A DNA stretch of 35,852 bases. Origin: Candidatus Pollutiaquabacter sp. GTDB lineage: Bacteria > Bacteroidota > Bacteroidia > AKYH767-A > 2013-40CM-41-45. Below are positions 8,207 through 18,854 of the stretch, in pieces. The stretch lies in contig CAINVI010000089.1 of NCBI GenBank assembly GCA_903854075.1, positions 1-35,852 on the forward strand, written 5' to 3'. The first letter of the stretch is position 1. Every line of letters starts with the position of its first letter. The notes under the pieces are model-generated. The model was given only the letters and a program-made list of their open reading frames with translations. It ran no database searches and was not told where the DNA came from. Made by a program: the position numbers and the translations under genes.

Positions 8207-10207
8207 TTATCGGCTGAAAACCACCACTCCGCCGCCGCCGGGAGCCATCCATAAGCGGAAGCTAGTAGTAGCACGTGCTATTCCGGTCTGTAACACGTAA
8301 GATTCAGGATCGGTGTTGAAATGAGATCCGGGTGCGTCCGTACATGATTCCACGCTATAGTCGACTTCCTGCTCCAAAAAATCAAGCGGCAAACTTATTT
8401 CTCGAGAGTATTCGTTGGTAATACCGGCCACAAACCAGGTTGTTCCCCGACGACGGGCCACTACCACGTATTCGCCGATAGAAGCTGCCAGTACACGTGA
8501 CTCGTCCCAAGTATCCGGAAGTTTCTCAACGAACTGATAAGCCGGATGTGATTGATAATTTTCTAACAGGTCGGCAGCCATCTGCATCGGACTATAATTG
8601 ACGACCAATAATGCCAGCTGGTTGGATAAGGTGCTGTGCACCGTATTGTTTCCCTTATCCAATCCGTTCCACGGGATGCGCTTTGCACTGAAATTATCCT
8701 CGCGTGCATCGAAAATACACGGCGTATAATCCATTGGCCCCGCCATTCCTCGTGTAAAGGGCAAGATGCAGGTATGTGACGGGGGATTACCATCGCTCCA
8801 AGCATTCCACTCCATCCCACGAACTGCTTCGAACGTCATCAGATTAGGATATGTTCGACTTAATCCGGAAGGTATGACCGACTCGTGTACATCCAGCATG
8901 ATTTCGTATTGCGCGGCTTTTCGCATCACCTTATTAAAATGACGGATCATATACTGTCCGTGATGATGTTCAGTCGGCGGATTCACAGGTCCGGCGTATC
9001 CCGTTTTCACATAGTGAATGCCCAATCGTTTGTACTTTGCAAATGCGCTATCTATGTGGCTCTCATAAGAGAGAATATCCCCGCCGGTTTCATGGTGACC
9101 GATCAGTTGTACATTTCGCACATTGGCATATTCCGCCAGTTCTTCCAGATCGAAATCAGCATATGGCGTACGGAAGTCGAATGCGTTTTTTTCTCCCCAA
9201 TTCTCCCATCCGGTATTCCATCCTTCTACCAGCACACCTCCCATACTGTGAGCTGCTGCAAAATCAATATACGCCTTTGCTTTTTCCGTCGTAGCGCCGT
9301 GTCTACCGCCTTCGTGTTTCCATGTCGTCAATCCCAGGTGCATTTCCCACCAAATACCGATATAACGCAGTGGTTTAACGAAAGAAAAATCCCTGACCGC
9401 CGGTGAATTAAGGTTCAGTAATACGTTGGATTCAAGCAGATCAGCCGCACGCGGAGCAACAAAGACAACACGCCATGGCGTGACCATGGGTGACGAAGTT
9501 TTTACCGCAACACCATCCGACCAGGGAACTAAATTAACATCGAACGACAACGAATCGGTCATCGATCTTCGGAGTGTCATGCTTGTATACTCCTCGATGG
9601 CTGCCTCGTGGACACTCACACATGTTCCGCTGTCAAATTGAACCGTAAATGGCGTTGCCACATGACTTGCTTCGGACAACCGTGTGTGCTGATAGGTTTT
9701 CTCATACGTATTGTAATCGGCCCAGGCCCACCAACTATTCGCATCACGCGAAAAACGGAAGGTGGAAAGCTCTCCCAAAATGTCCAGCTGTTCAAGCGTA
9801 TCAGTAAGTCGGTAGCGAAAAGCAAATCCGTCGTTAAATAATCGAAATTCAACCGCAATATTCCGATGACTACGTGCCATTTGCAGCCGAAAATTATAGC
9901 TATGATGTCGGTCACTGATTCGTGAGCGTGTGCCATAGCGTGGTTCCCATTCCTTTTCCGCGAAGGAAGAATCCACCGACAAAATTTTAAAACGACGCAA
10001 TGTATCATTACCACCCAGAATCAACCCAAGTGATGAAGGACGAAACAACGTGTCATCTCGAAAAACGACTAGATACTGCAGCTCACTATCGGGCGACTGG
10101 ATAACGATACGCAGTTTACCATCGGGTGAACGCAACAAGAAATCGGCAGACGCAGCAGTTGTCCGGCCTACTAAAAACAATAAGAATAGTGCGATAAGCC
10201 GGTACAT
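8207..10207 (-). CDS. Glycoside hydrolase family 97 (SusB-like alpha-glucosidase)
   Basis: Signal peptide; TPWRV, YIGIWWEMH, VLVEGWNTGWE, HHETGG, KTGYAG, HHGQ, RTYPN..EAVRGME, GPMDYTP. Confidence 0.93.
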   Translation of the reverse strand: MYRLIALFLLFLVGRTTAASADFLLRSPDGKLRIVIQSPDSELQYLVVFRDDTLFRPSSLGLILGGNDTLRRFKILSVDSSFAEKEWEPRYGTRSRISDRHHSYNFRLQMARSHRNIAVEFRLFNDGFAFRYRLTDTLEQLDILGELSTFRFSRDANSWWAWADYNTYEKTYQHTRLSEASHVATPFTVQFDSGTCVSVHEAAIEEYTSMTLRRSMTDSLSFDVNLVPWSDGVAVKTSSPMVTPWRVVFVAPRAADLLESNVLLNLNSPAVRDFSFVKPLRYIGIWWEMHLGLTTWKHEGGRHGATTEKAKAYIDFAAAHSMGGVLVEGWNTGWENWGEKNAFDFRTPYADFDLEELAEYANVRNVQLIGHHETGGDILSYESHIDSAFAKYKRLGIHYVKTGYAGPVNPPTEHHHGQYMIRHFNKVMRKAAQYEIMLDVHESVIPSGLSRTYPNLMTFEAVRGMEWNAWSDGNPPSHTCILPFTRGMAGPMDYTPCIFDAREDNFSAKRIPWNGLDKGNNTVHSTLSNQLALLVVNYSPMQMAADLLENYQSHPAYQFVEKLPDTWDESRVLAASIGEYVVVARRRGTTWFVAGITNEYSREISLPLDFLEQEVDYSVESCTDAPGSHFNTDPESYVLQTGIARATTSFRLWMAPGGGGVVVFSR

Positions 10208-10243
10208 GTAAAAAAATTAAAACAGTTCAGCGACGCCTGATCT

Positions 10244-11104
10244 TCATCCTTTGAGATACTCCCAATCTTTAATCGGTTCGAAATCCTTTCGGCTTTCTAC
10301 CGCTGATGGGTGTGTAAGTAGGGACTCCACGCTCACTTCAGGAATTAGGGCGGCGCCGAGTGACTCCTTAATAAAAATTAGATTATGTCCGTAATCATTG
10401 GCACCCACCAACCGATATCCTTTTCGCCGGGCCAAATTCGCCATAGCAACCGGTGATGCTCCGTGATAGACCGGATGCTTACCTGGAAAAGTATAATCAG
10501 GATCGTATGGAACCACGATATTATTCAGTCCGAATTCCACGTGTGTTTCGATAATGACAACACGCGGCGAAACAACGGACAATGCGTCCCAGATCCAGTA
10601 ATCATATCCGTCAAGATCAATGGACAACAAATCGATTTCCCCGAGCAATCCGGCTTCACCGATTAATTGATTAACGTTCTCCCGCGTAACTTTATGGCAG
10701 ATAAATTGAGGATGATACGCCCACGGATCAGGATAGCGTTGATAGAATCGTCGTCCGCGAGCCACCGAGGTTTTATCACCATCAATGAACAATCCGTACC
10801 ATCCGAAATTAAGTATCAGGTTAGCGCAATTACTGTTAACGCCATCGTTGGAACCGATCTCGACGAATCGTTTTTGTCCCATACCAATCACAGAAAAAAT
10901 AAATAGCAGCAGACCATCTTCTTCGTGCTGTGAAAACACTTTTAGTCCGGTGTCTTTCAGTGCCGGCGGATTTCCTGCAGCAGCCCGTTCCTGATAATAC
11001 AAAAATAGTTGACGCTGCGCCGCTTGTGCGGCCGGAGAAAACTTATCCCAAACGCGAAAAATCAGTAAATACTTTTTCAGAAAATTCTTTACGCTGTTAA
11101 TCAT
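10244..11104 (-). CDS. FkbM/Methyltransf_21-like SAM-dependent methyltransferase
   Basis: FSQHEEDG, FVEIGSNDGVNSN, GWYGLFIDG, IDLLSIDLDGYDYWIW, PRVVIIE. Confidence 0.7.
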   Translation of the reverse strand: MINSVKNFLKKYLLIFRVWDKFSPAAQAAQRQLFLYYQERAAAGNPPALKDTGLKVFSQHEEDGLLLFIFSVIGMGQKRFVEIGSNDGVNSNCANLILNFGWYGLFIDGDKTSVARGRRFYQRYPDPWAYHPQFICHKVTRENVNQLIGEAGLLGEIDLLSIDLDGYDYWIWDALSVVSPRVVIIETHVEFGLNNIVVPYDPDYTFPGKHPVYHGASPVAMANLARRKGYRLVGANDYGHNLIFIKESLGAALIPEVSVESLLTHPSAVESRKDFEPIKDWEYLKG

Positions 11105-11165
11105 AATACAGCGTGAAAATACGTCATAAAAACGGTCTATTCAACCAGTCTAAAAAATAAGCTGA

Positions 11166-12032
11166 TCAACGGTTGTGTGACGGAATAAGGCCTCGAAGAC
11201 CCATATCTACGACACTTTCGGCACCGCCGATCTGCGCATCCCAACGACCATTTCCATTTGCATCTATCCATTCAAAGCTATTATTAATGGAAAGCGACAT
11301 GGTAACGGTAATATCTTCAGTTTCGGTGCCGGTGATACGCAACGGCGTTACAAATTGTCCGGTAACCACGCAAGAACCCTGAGGAATAGGCGAAGAATTA
11401 AACAATGGATTAGGAACAGTAGTAGCACCGGGAGGCGCCTGGCCGCTGGAGACAATGCCGTTGGTTTCAAAACCCCAATAGCCTTGCAAGCGATTGCCGT
11501 TCACGCTGACTTGTTGGCTGTCGATGGTGTATGATGTAAGATAAGTGTTGTAACCCACGAAGCTGGCAATTGTTCCTGTGAGTGGTAGTCCGTTGAAAGA
11601 ATAATCGACATCGTAATTCTGATACGAAAGCGATAACCGGACCCATTCGAAATTTCCCATGGGCACCTCGTTCAATGGAAGTTCCAAAAACACTTCTCCG
11701 GGCGCTACCACTCGTGAACGATTGAAATCAATCGCCGTAGATCCACCGATAGAAGTTTCTGGTGCATGATAAAGTATGGCCCCCTGGCCGAGCAAGGTGT
11801 AAGGTCCGGGAGCTAATTCAAGATAGTGTGCGGAAATTTTGTTGAACCTAGGATGTTGAGCAGCATGTCCGGCAGGGATACCGACGGTGTCACCAATGTT
11901 TCCCAGCCGCACTTGCGTGGAGTCAACAACGAGTTTCACGATCAGTTTGGGCTGATACGTATTTTCATTGTCTTTTTTACAAGAAAAGAAAAGTGCTAAG
12001 GAGAATAAAACGAAGATGGATTTGCTTTTCAT
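11166..12032 (-). CDS. Hypothetical lipoprotein
   Basis: 288-aa ORF with a lipoprotein signal (MKSKSIFVLFSLALFFS-C-KKDNE) and a C-terminal DANGNGRWD Ca-binding-like loop. Confidence 0.85.
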   Translation of the reverse strand: MKSKSIFVLFSLALFFSCKKDNENTYQPKLIVKLVVDSTQVRLGNIGDTVGIPAGHAAQHPRFNKISAHYLELAPGPYTLLGQGAILYHAPETSIGGSTAIDFNRSRVVAPGEVFLELPLNEVPMGNFEWVRLSLSYQNYDVDYSFNGLPLTGTIASFVGYNTYLTSYTIDSQQVSVNGNRLQGYWGFETNGIVSSGQAPPGATTVPNPLFNSSPIPQGSCVVTGQFVTPLRITGTETEDITVTMSLSINNSFEWIDANGNGRWDAQIGGAESVVDMGLRGLIPSHNR

Positions 12033-12198
12033 TTTGACTATTTAAGCCCAATATAGTAATTGAAGCACTTTTCTGAAAATTGTTTTTACAGCCTAAAACG
12101 AGCCAATTGCGATTAAGGAGATGAAAACCATGATAATTACAAATCACGCCATTATTAGACACAAAACAATTAATGCATCTTTACGACTCGATAACGCT

Positions 12199-13467
12199 AT
12201 GAAAAAACACATCCTACTACTACTCCTGGCATCGCTCAGTCTTCGCGTAACTTTTGCCCAACAGCAACGTCATTGTGGCACACATGATCGCTACGAGCAA
12301 GCTATTGCGAATGATCCCTCGCTGGTAAATCGCCGTCTCCAAATGGAGGTTCAACTTCAGCGCTGGATCGAATCGAAACAACTGGAGAAATCTACCGGCA
12401 ACAGCAACGTAGTGGTTACTGTACCGGTAGTCATTCATGTATTGTATACCAACAGTGCTCAGAATATTTCCGATGCTCAAATCCTTTCTCAACTTGACGT
12501 ACTCAACGAAGATTACGGATTACGAAATGCGGACACGACCGTAACACCACCCGTTTTCCAGCCGCTGATGTCGGATGTGCAAATACAATTTTGCTTAGCC
12601 GATATTGATCCGAACGGGAATCCCACCTCAGGTATTGAGCGCAGACAAGTTACCATCAACAGAATCGGAAACGGCAATAGGTATTACAATTATAATCAAG
12701 GAGGATTGAGCGCGTGGAACGCCGATTATTATCTCAACTTCTGGTTATGCGACATTGACGGAGGCAGTACACTAGGATACACCTATCTGCCGGGAACTGT
12801 AAATTCTAATCAAGATGGAATTGTAATCGATCCGCAATACTTTGGAACAATCGGCACTGTTACTCCGCCATTCAACAAAGGACGTACTGTTACACACGAG
12901 GTTGGGCACTGGTTTAATCTCGAACATATTTGGGCGGATGAATCCGGGTGTGCAGCGGATGATTATGTAGCCGACACGCCGCAACAAAAAGGAGAAAACT
13001 ATGGTTGTCCCTCATACCCGCAAACCAACCAATCCGGCGGGCGTTGTAATAGTGCTGACCCCAGCTCGATGTTCATGAATTATATGGATTACACGGATGA
13101 TGCTTGTATGGTCATGTTTACACAGGGTCAAACGGCACGGATGCAAGCAGCGCTGAATAACTTCCGTTCATCACTATTCACCTCCAACGGATGTTCCGCG
13201 ACCACCGGCGTAAAAGATATCAATGGTGTGGCAGATGTGAACGTGATGCCTAACCCATCAAATGGCGTTTTCACTTTTCGGTTTGCGAATGAAATTATTG
13301 CCGGAGAACTTATCATTACTGATCTACAAGGCCGAATACTGATAAAAGCAATCGTTGAAAAAGGTGAGCCCGCAGCCGTAAACCTGGGTAACGAGTCAGC
13401 CGGTATATACTTCGCGCACGTTATAACCATCAACGGAACAAGCGTTATCCGACTGATAAAAAATTAA
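12199..13467 (+). CDS. M43 family (pappalysin/ulilysin-like) zinc metalloprotease with T9SS type A CTD
   Basis: Signal MKKHILLLL..TFA-Q; pro-peptide RHCG; VPVVIHV; GRTVTHEVGHWFNLEH; Met-turn FMNYMDYTDD; CTD with MPNPSNG...GIYF..RLIKN. Confidence 0.93.
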   Translation: MKKHILLLLLASLSLRVTFAQQQRHCGTHDRYEQAIANDPSLVNRRLQMEVQLQRWIESKQLEKSTGNSNVVVTVPVVIHVLYTNSAQNISDAQILSQLDVLNEDYGLRNADTTVTPPVFQPLMSDVQIQFCLADIDPNGNPTSGIERRQVTINRIGNGNRYYNYNQGGLSAWNADYYLNFWLCDIDGGSTLGYTYLPGTVNSNQDGIVIDPQYFGTIGTVTPPFNKGRTVTHEVGHWFNLEHIWADESGCAADDYVADTPQQKGENYGCPSYPQTNQSGGRCNSADPSSMFMNYMDYTDDACMVMFTQGQTARMQAALNNFRSSLFTSNGCSATTGVKDINGVADVNVMPNPSNGVFTFRFANEIIAGELIITDLQGRILIKAIVEKGEPAAVNLGNESAGIYFAHVITINGTSVIRLIKN

Positions 13468-13474
13468 CGGTTCA

Positions 13475-13872
13475 CTACTTTGCGGCACAATCCGGATAAT
13501 TCAATCGGAGCGTTTTGGGATCGATATTTTCGGGCAAGCCTTGCGGGAATCGCGCAAATCTATCGAGTTGATCTATGCTAACATTTTCCGTGGTAAAAGT
13601 AGCCGCTCGTTTCGCTGCCGATGTCAACGAGCCAATGACGATCCAATTCATTGGAAACGTAACTGCCGCAAACACGCCGTGGGATAACGAGAGCAGTGTA
13701 AATACAGGAATCGTCTAGGCATAATTTTTCGACGTTGCATAACGAACCGCAAAACTGACAACTTCATTTTTTCCGGAAACGATCAACTTGCCGCACGGTT
13801 CTGGCATCGTTTTTACGTAAAGCAATCTTGAAAAATGACAACAATAAATAGTAGCAGCGACAGTTTCTTCAT
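13475..13872 (-). pseudogene. Degraded gene for an exported/membrane protein
   Basis: ATG 13872 gives the signal-like MKKLSLLLFIVVIF and then TAA at 13813-13815. The -1 frame reads LYVKTMPEPCGKLIVSGKNEVVSFAVRYATSKNYA*TIPVFTLLSLSHGVF...FARFPQGLPENID, with TAG at 13715-13717, and continues into the track ORF 13475..13675. Confidence 0.6.
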
Positions 13873-13952
13873 ACTCGAAAAATTAAATAGATGGAAACAA
13901 ATCTAATGATGCAACCAAGCGAAGTGTATGATTAAAATCAGTCTTCGCTGCA

Positions 13953-14732
13953 TTATACGGGAATCACTAGTTCTCCGAACCTGAATTTTTGGCCCTGCTG
14001 ATTCTTACGAAAAACACAACTGACGGAAAGTTGGTAATAGTTACCATAATCCGGCAACGGACTGAAATCGGGAAGACTTTCTTTTCTAAGTGTTATGAAT
14101 TCTTTCTGAAAATTACGCAACATCTCGCCATTGTCAGGATTCCTGGAAGGAACAACGCAGCGGGGACAAGGCTTAACGCCTTCGGCAAGCAATTGATTTA
14201 CTAAAAAAGGAACGCGCACTTTGTGCGGCCGAACAAGGTTTTCCTCCCAAAACGCCGGCACATCATCGATTTCGATATTAGCCCGGAATCGACGCCGACA
14301 TTCGTCCATGCTGAACGAAAAACGATCTGCGACTTGCCGAAGGCTGGCCGTTGAAATTAACGTGAACTTACTTTGCTCCGGATCATCAAGAAATGCACCG
14401 TCCGGATTTTCTTCAAGCGTTACATTATCCGAAAAGCATTCACTAAGAAACTGATTGATACGATGTCGGTCGTGATGAAGGTGAAATGTTTCCGGTAGTT
14501 TGTTTTCGGGCATAAAGGTGACATACTCCACCTCCTGATCAAAACCGGTACGGATTCGGTGAATGACTGGCGTGTTTTTACCGTTAACTACGATTCCCTT
14601 TTCATTGAAAATAGCGTACCGACGGTCGTTAAGGATAGAACCTGATGCGGTTACGGACGCCTCTATGAGCGACAGCCCATCCAGGGATTTTATAGGATAA
14701 ACCGTAATGCGTGAAATAGTTGCTGCGTCCAT
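13953..14732 (-). CDS. MOSC domain-containing protein
   Basis: ISRITVYPIKSLDG, DRRYAI, LISTASL, RRFRANIEI, FWEE, KPCPRCVVPSRNP. Confidence 0.88.
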   Translation of the reverse strand: MDAATISRITVYPIKSLDGLSLIEASVTASGSILNDRRYAIFNEKGIVVNGKNTPVIHRIRTGFDQEVEYVTFMPENKLPETFHLHHDRHRINQFLSECFSDNVTLEENPDGAFLDDPEQSKFTLISTASLRQVADRFSFSMDECRRRFRANIEIDDVPAFWEENLVRPHKVRVPFLVNQLLAEGVKPCPRCVVPSRNPDNGEMLRNFQKEFITLRKESLPDFSPLPDYGNYYQLSVSCVFRKNQQGQKFRFGELVIPV

Positions 14733-14879
14733 GACCGAAAGGCAAGTTCATCAAATATTCGCCAAAAACAGCTGGATATACGGCCTTATTTACACGAAGG
14801 ATTGTTTGTTCTTCACTACGCCGGCATTTGTCAAACCCCTTAAAATTGCGTTTTTTTACAGTCTAAAATTTATTCGTCT

Positions 14880-16262
14880 ATGATTACCACACGCGTTGCT
14901 GAATTATTGAAAACAGCTGGAAATGGGCAAGCCGTCGAAGTGCGCGGCTGGGTACGGACCCGCAGAGGCAATAAGCAAGTGGCTTTTATCGCAGTCAACG
15001 ATGGATCCATCATCCATAATATCCAGGTGGTGGCCGATATGGAAAAATTCTCGGAAGATTCTATCAAGAAAGTAACCACCGGCGCGTGTATTAGTGTGAA
15101 GGGCAAACTGGTTCCGTCACAGGGACAAGGCCAATCGGTAGAAATACAAGCGGATGAAATTCATGTGCTCGGTGAAGCGGATGAAACATTTCCGTTGCAG
15201 AAGAAAGGCCACTCGATGGAGTTTCTTCGGGAGATCGCGCATCTGCGTCCGCGAACAAATACCTTTGGTGCAGTATTCCGTATCCGTCACCACATGGCTT
15301 TTGCGGTGCATAAATACTTCAACGATCGCGGATTTTATTACCTCCATACACCCATCATCACCGGATCCGATGCTGAAGGTGCTGGAGAAATGTTTCAAGT
15401 CACCACCTTAGACTTACATAATCTTCCTAAAAATCCGGACGGAAGTATTAACCACAAAGAGGACTTCTTTGGCAAAGCCACCAACCTCACGGTTTCCGGT
15501 CAGCTCGAGGGAGAACTCGGTGCCATGGCGCTTGGCTTGATTTATACGTTCGGCCCTACATTCCGGGCAGAGAATTCAAATACGCCGCGTCACCTTGCTG
15601 AATTCTGGATGATTGAGCCTGAGATGGCGTTCTACGACATCAAAGACAACATGGATCTGGCGGAAGATTTTCTTAAATACCTGGTCCGCTACGCACTCGA
15701 CACCTGCAAAGATGACCTTGAGTTTTTGAACAGCATGTACGACAAAGGACTGATTGCACGTTTACAATCTGTCGTTGATCAACCGTTCGAACGACTCACC
15801 TACACCAAAGCGGTTGAACTACTGGAAACATGCGGACAGAAATTTGAATTTCCTGTTTCGTGGGGAACAGACCTTCAGAAGGAACACGAAAACTATCTGG
15901 TGGAGCACTTCAAACGTCCTGTGATTCTCACTGATTATCCGATGACGATCAAAGCGTTCTACATGAAGCAGAACGACGACGGAAAGACGGTGCGTGCTAT
16001 GGACATTCTTTTCCCATGGATCGGTGAAATAATCGGTGGTTCACAGCGGGAAGAGCGGTATGAAAAACTGATTCAGCGTGTTCGTGACATGAAAATCCCG
16101 GAACATGAAATTTCCTGGTATATCGATACACGAAAATTTGGAACATGTGAACATGCAGGATTCGGTTTGGGATTTGAACGTCTGATTCTTTTCATCACAG
16201 GAATGACGAATATACGTGACGTGATTCCGTTTCCGCGTACGCCTAAGAATGCAGAATTTTAA
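14880..16262 (+). CDS. asnS: Asparagine--tRNA ligase
   Basis: OB-fold [71 protein letters not shown]. Confidence 0.98.
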   Translation: MITTRVAELLKTAGNGQAVEVRGWVRTRRGNKQVAFIAVNDGSIIHNIQVVADMEKFSEDSIKKVTTGACISVKGKLVPSQGQGQSVEIQADEIHVLGEADETFPLQKKGHSMEFLREIAHLRPRTNTFGAVFRIRHHMAFAVHKYFNDRGFYYLHTPIITGSDAEGAGEMFQVTTLDLHNLPKNPDGSINHKEDFFGKATNLTVSGQLEGELGAMALGLIYTFGPTFRAENSNTPRHLAEFWMIEPEMAFYDIKDNMDLAEDFLKYLVRYALDTCKDDLEFLNSMYDKGLIARLQSVVDQPFERLTYTKAVELLETCGQKFEFPVSWGTDLQKEHENYLVEHFKRPVILTDYPMTIKAFYMKQNDDGKTVRAMDILFPWIGEIIGGSQREERYEKLIQRVRDMKIPEHEISWYIDTRKFGTCEHAGFGLGFERLILFITGMTNIRDVIPFPRTPKNAEF

Positions 16263-16319
16263 ACGCTGCACTTACATTTCTGAAAAACTTACGGTTTAAG
16301 AGTCAATCGGGGCCGCTTA

Positions 16320-17309
16320 TCAATTACCTTCTTTGTAAACCACTTCCAGCAAGGTTTGACCTACCGCTTTTAGCGTTGCGGCATCTATGACCGTCATGTT
16401 GTCGTTGTGGGTATGCCAATGCGAAGCAAAGCCATTGCGCGTCGTCTTGTCGCTATTAATAATATCAATTGATGGGATGCCGTAACGGATTACATAGTAA
16501 TGATCATCCGTGACATAACCACCTTGTTCAAACAAAAAATAATTGGAATAGCCGAGTGATGCTGCTGCTTTCCAGATCTTTTCTACCACATACGAAGCGT
16601 TTTCGCCAGAGAAGCCTTCTATACGAAACTGTGCATTGCGCGAACCGACCATATCCAATAAAACTCCGTAGTTGGCGGTGTAACCGGCTACGTGCGGATT
16701 CTTAGTCCAATATTGAGTTCCCAACGCATAACTGTCTTCACTGCTACCGCCTTTCTCACCCCAGTCTTCCGCATCAAAAAAAGCAATATCAACGCCGATA
16801 GTCGGCGACTTCAAAGACAATTGCCGGGCGACCTCAAGCAATACACCGACACCGCTTCCTCCGTCATCTGCGCCGTCAATCGGTTCACGCGACCGTTCAT
16901 CATCCTGATCCGCCCATGGACGCGTATCCCAGTGTGCAAATAATAAAATCCTCCCTTTCTTCTCCGGATTAAAGGAAGCGATGACATTTCGCATAGTCAA
17001 ATTCGTTCCATCAAAGGCCGTCACTACACTTTTTTGTTCGATGACTTGCGGTGTGAAACGCGAAAGCGTAGCTGTCAAATAATCCGCACATGCTATATGG
17101 GCGGCAGTATTCGGAACACGCGGACCGAATTCTACTTGAGTACTGACAAAAGTATACGCGGAATCAGCATTGAAATCAGGAACAGTTACCGACGATGCTT
17201 GTGTTGACGCATCTGTTTGTTGTTGGGGCTGCTGCGGATTACTTCCACAGGCTGCTACCATCCACCAACAGCCGGCAATGAAGCCTCGAATAGTTTTGTT
17301 GAGGTTCAT
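16320..17309 (-). CDS. M28-family lipoprotein, glutaminyl cyclase-like
   Basis: Lipobox VAA-C; FGPRVPNT, AHWDTRP, GADDGGSGVGVLLE, DAEDWG, LLDMVG, DDH, WHT. Confidence 0.85.
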   Translation of the reverse strand: MNLNKTIRGFIAGCWWMVAACGSNPQQPQQQTDASTQASSVTVPDFNADSAYTFVSTQVEFGPRVPNTAAHIACADYLTATLSRFTPQVIEQKSVVTAFDGTNLTMRNVIASFNPEKKGRILLFAHWDTRPWADQDDERSREPIDGADDGGSGVGVLLEVARQLSLKSPTIGVDIAFFDAEDWGEKGGSSEDSYALGTQYWTKNPHVAGYTANYGVLLDMVGSRNAQFRIEGFSGENASYVVEKIWKAAASLGYSNYFLFEQGGYVTDDHYYVIRYGIPSIDIINSDKTTRNGFASHWHTHNDNMTVIDAATLKAVGQTLLEVVYKEGN

Positions 17310-17319
17310 AACCAAGTGA

Positions 17320-18798
17320 CTATTCCCGTGTCCAGGAGGTACCGGACTTTTCGTCTTTAATTTTAAATCCGATAGCGGCTAATTCATCTCGAATCTTGTC
17401 CGAAGTAGAAAAGTCTTTGTTGGCTTTGGCATCGGTTCTGACTTTAAGTATCATCTGCAAGAGCGCATCAATATCGGAACCTCCGCCTACACTCTCTTCT
17501 TTCAGACCAAGAATAGAAAATACAAATTCGGTAAAGAAATTTTTTAGTAATTCAAGGTCAGCAGCAGTGATGGTTTCCGTGCCGGCGTGCACTGAATTGA
17601 TGATGCGTGCGCATTCAAAAAGGTGCGACAACGTGATGGCGGTATTCAAATCGTCATCCATTGCTTCGTAACATGCTTTCTGCAAGGACGGAATATCTGA
17701 GGTGGATGAAGCACCCGACGTTAATCGACGTAACGTTTGCGCAGCATTCATCAATCGACTGAGTCCTTTCTCTGCTGCTTTCAATCCTTCGTTGCTGAAA
17801 TCAACCGGACTGCGGTAATGCGCCTGAAGGATAAAGAAGCGAATGGTCATCGGTGAATAGGCTTGCTCCAGCAACTTATGCGAACCGGTGAAAAACTCTT
17901 CCAGATTTATAAAATTACCTAACGACTTACCCATCTTCTGTCCGTTGATGGTAATCATGTTATTGTGCATCCAATAACGAACCGGTGCTTTACCGCAAGC
18001 GCCTTTCGATTGAGCCACTTCACTCTCGTGATGCGGGAAAAGCAAATCCATTCCGCCACCGTGAATGTCAAAAGTTTCGCCAAGATATTTGGTACTCATT
18101 GCCGAGCATTCGATGTGCCAGCCCGGAAAACCATCGCCCCATGGCGATGGCCAACGCATGATATGTTCAGGTGCTGCCTTTTTCCAAAGAGCGAAATCAG
18201 CAGGATTCCTTTTCTCCGCCTGTCCTTCCAATTCACGACGCTCATTGCCTGCACCGGCAATCAATTCATCAATGACACGACCACTCAACTTGCCGTAGTC
18301 GTGCGTTTTGCTGTAATTCACTACATCAAAATAAACAGAGCCCTTTGATTCGTAAGCCCAACCGTTTGCAATGATCGACTTGATCATTTCAATCTGCTCA
18401 ATGATGTGGCCGGAAGCACGCGGCTCAATGTTCACCGGCAAATTGTTGAGCAAATGCATCGCTTCGTGGAACTTTTGTGTATAGAGCTCGACGATTTCCA
18501 TTGGCTCCAGTTGTTCCAATCGTGCTTTCTTGGCAATTTTATCTTCGCCCGAATCAGCATCGTTTTCCAAGTGACCTACATCAGTGATGTTACGTACGTA
18601 ACGCACTTTATAGCCAAGATGTGTAAGGTAACGGTAAAATACATCGAACGTAATGTAAGGACGGGCATGCCCGAGGTGCGGATGACCGTATACTGTGGGG
18701 CCACACACATACATTCCTACACGACCGGGAACGATCGATTCAAATTTTTCTTTCTTTCGGGAAAGCGAGTTGGTGATATGGAGTTGATGAGTTAGCAT
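17320..18798 (-). CDS. cysS: Cysteine--tRNA ligase
   Basis: [54 protein letters not shown]. Confidence 0.98.
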   Translation of the reverse strand: MLTHQLHITNSLSRKKEKFESIVPGRVGMYVCGPTVYGHPHLGHARPYITFDVFYRYLTHLGYKVRYVRNITDVGHLENDADSGEDKIAKKARLEQLEPMEIVELYTQKFHEAMHLLNNLPVNIEPRASGHIIEQIEMIKSIIANGWAYESKGSVYFDVVNYSKTHDYGKLSGRVIDELIAGAGNERRELEGQAEKRNPADFALWKKAAPEHIMRWPSPWGDGFPGWHIECSAMSTKYLGETFDIHGGGMDLLFPHHESEVAQSKGACGKAPVRYWMHNNMITINGQKMGKSLGNFINLEEFFTGSHKLLEQAYSPMTIRFFILQAHYRSPVDFSNEGLKAAEKGLSRLMNAAQTLRRLTSGASSTSDIPSLQKACYEAMDDDLNTAITLSHLFECARIINSVHAGTETITAADLELLKNFFTEFVFSILGLKEESVGGGSDIDALLQMILKVRTDAKANKDFSTSDKIRDELAAIGFKIKDEKSGTSWTRE

Positions 18799-18854
18799 AA
18801 AATTGGTTGATCAATAAAAACGAGACAGCAGCAACTATTTCTACAGTGACCGGA

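Noticed and set aside
8885-9406. 173-aa plus-strand ORF and other short ORFs inside GH97
   Set aside because: Antisense shadow ORFs of a well-conserved gene with no recognisable motifs.
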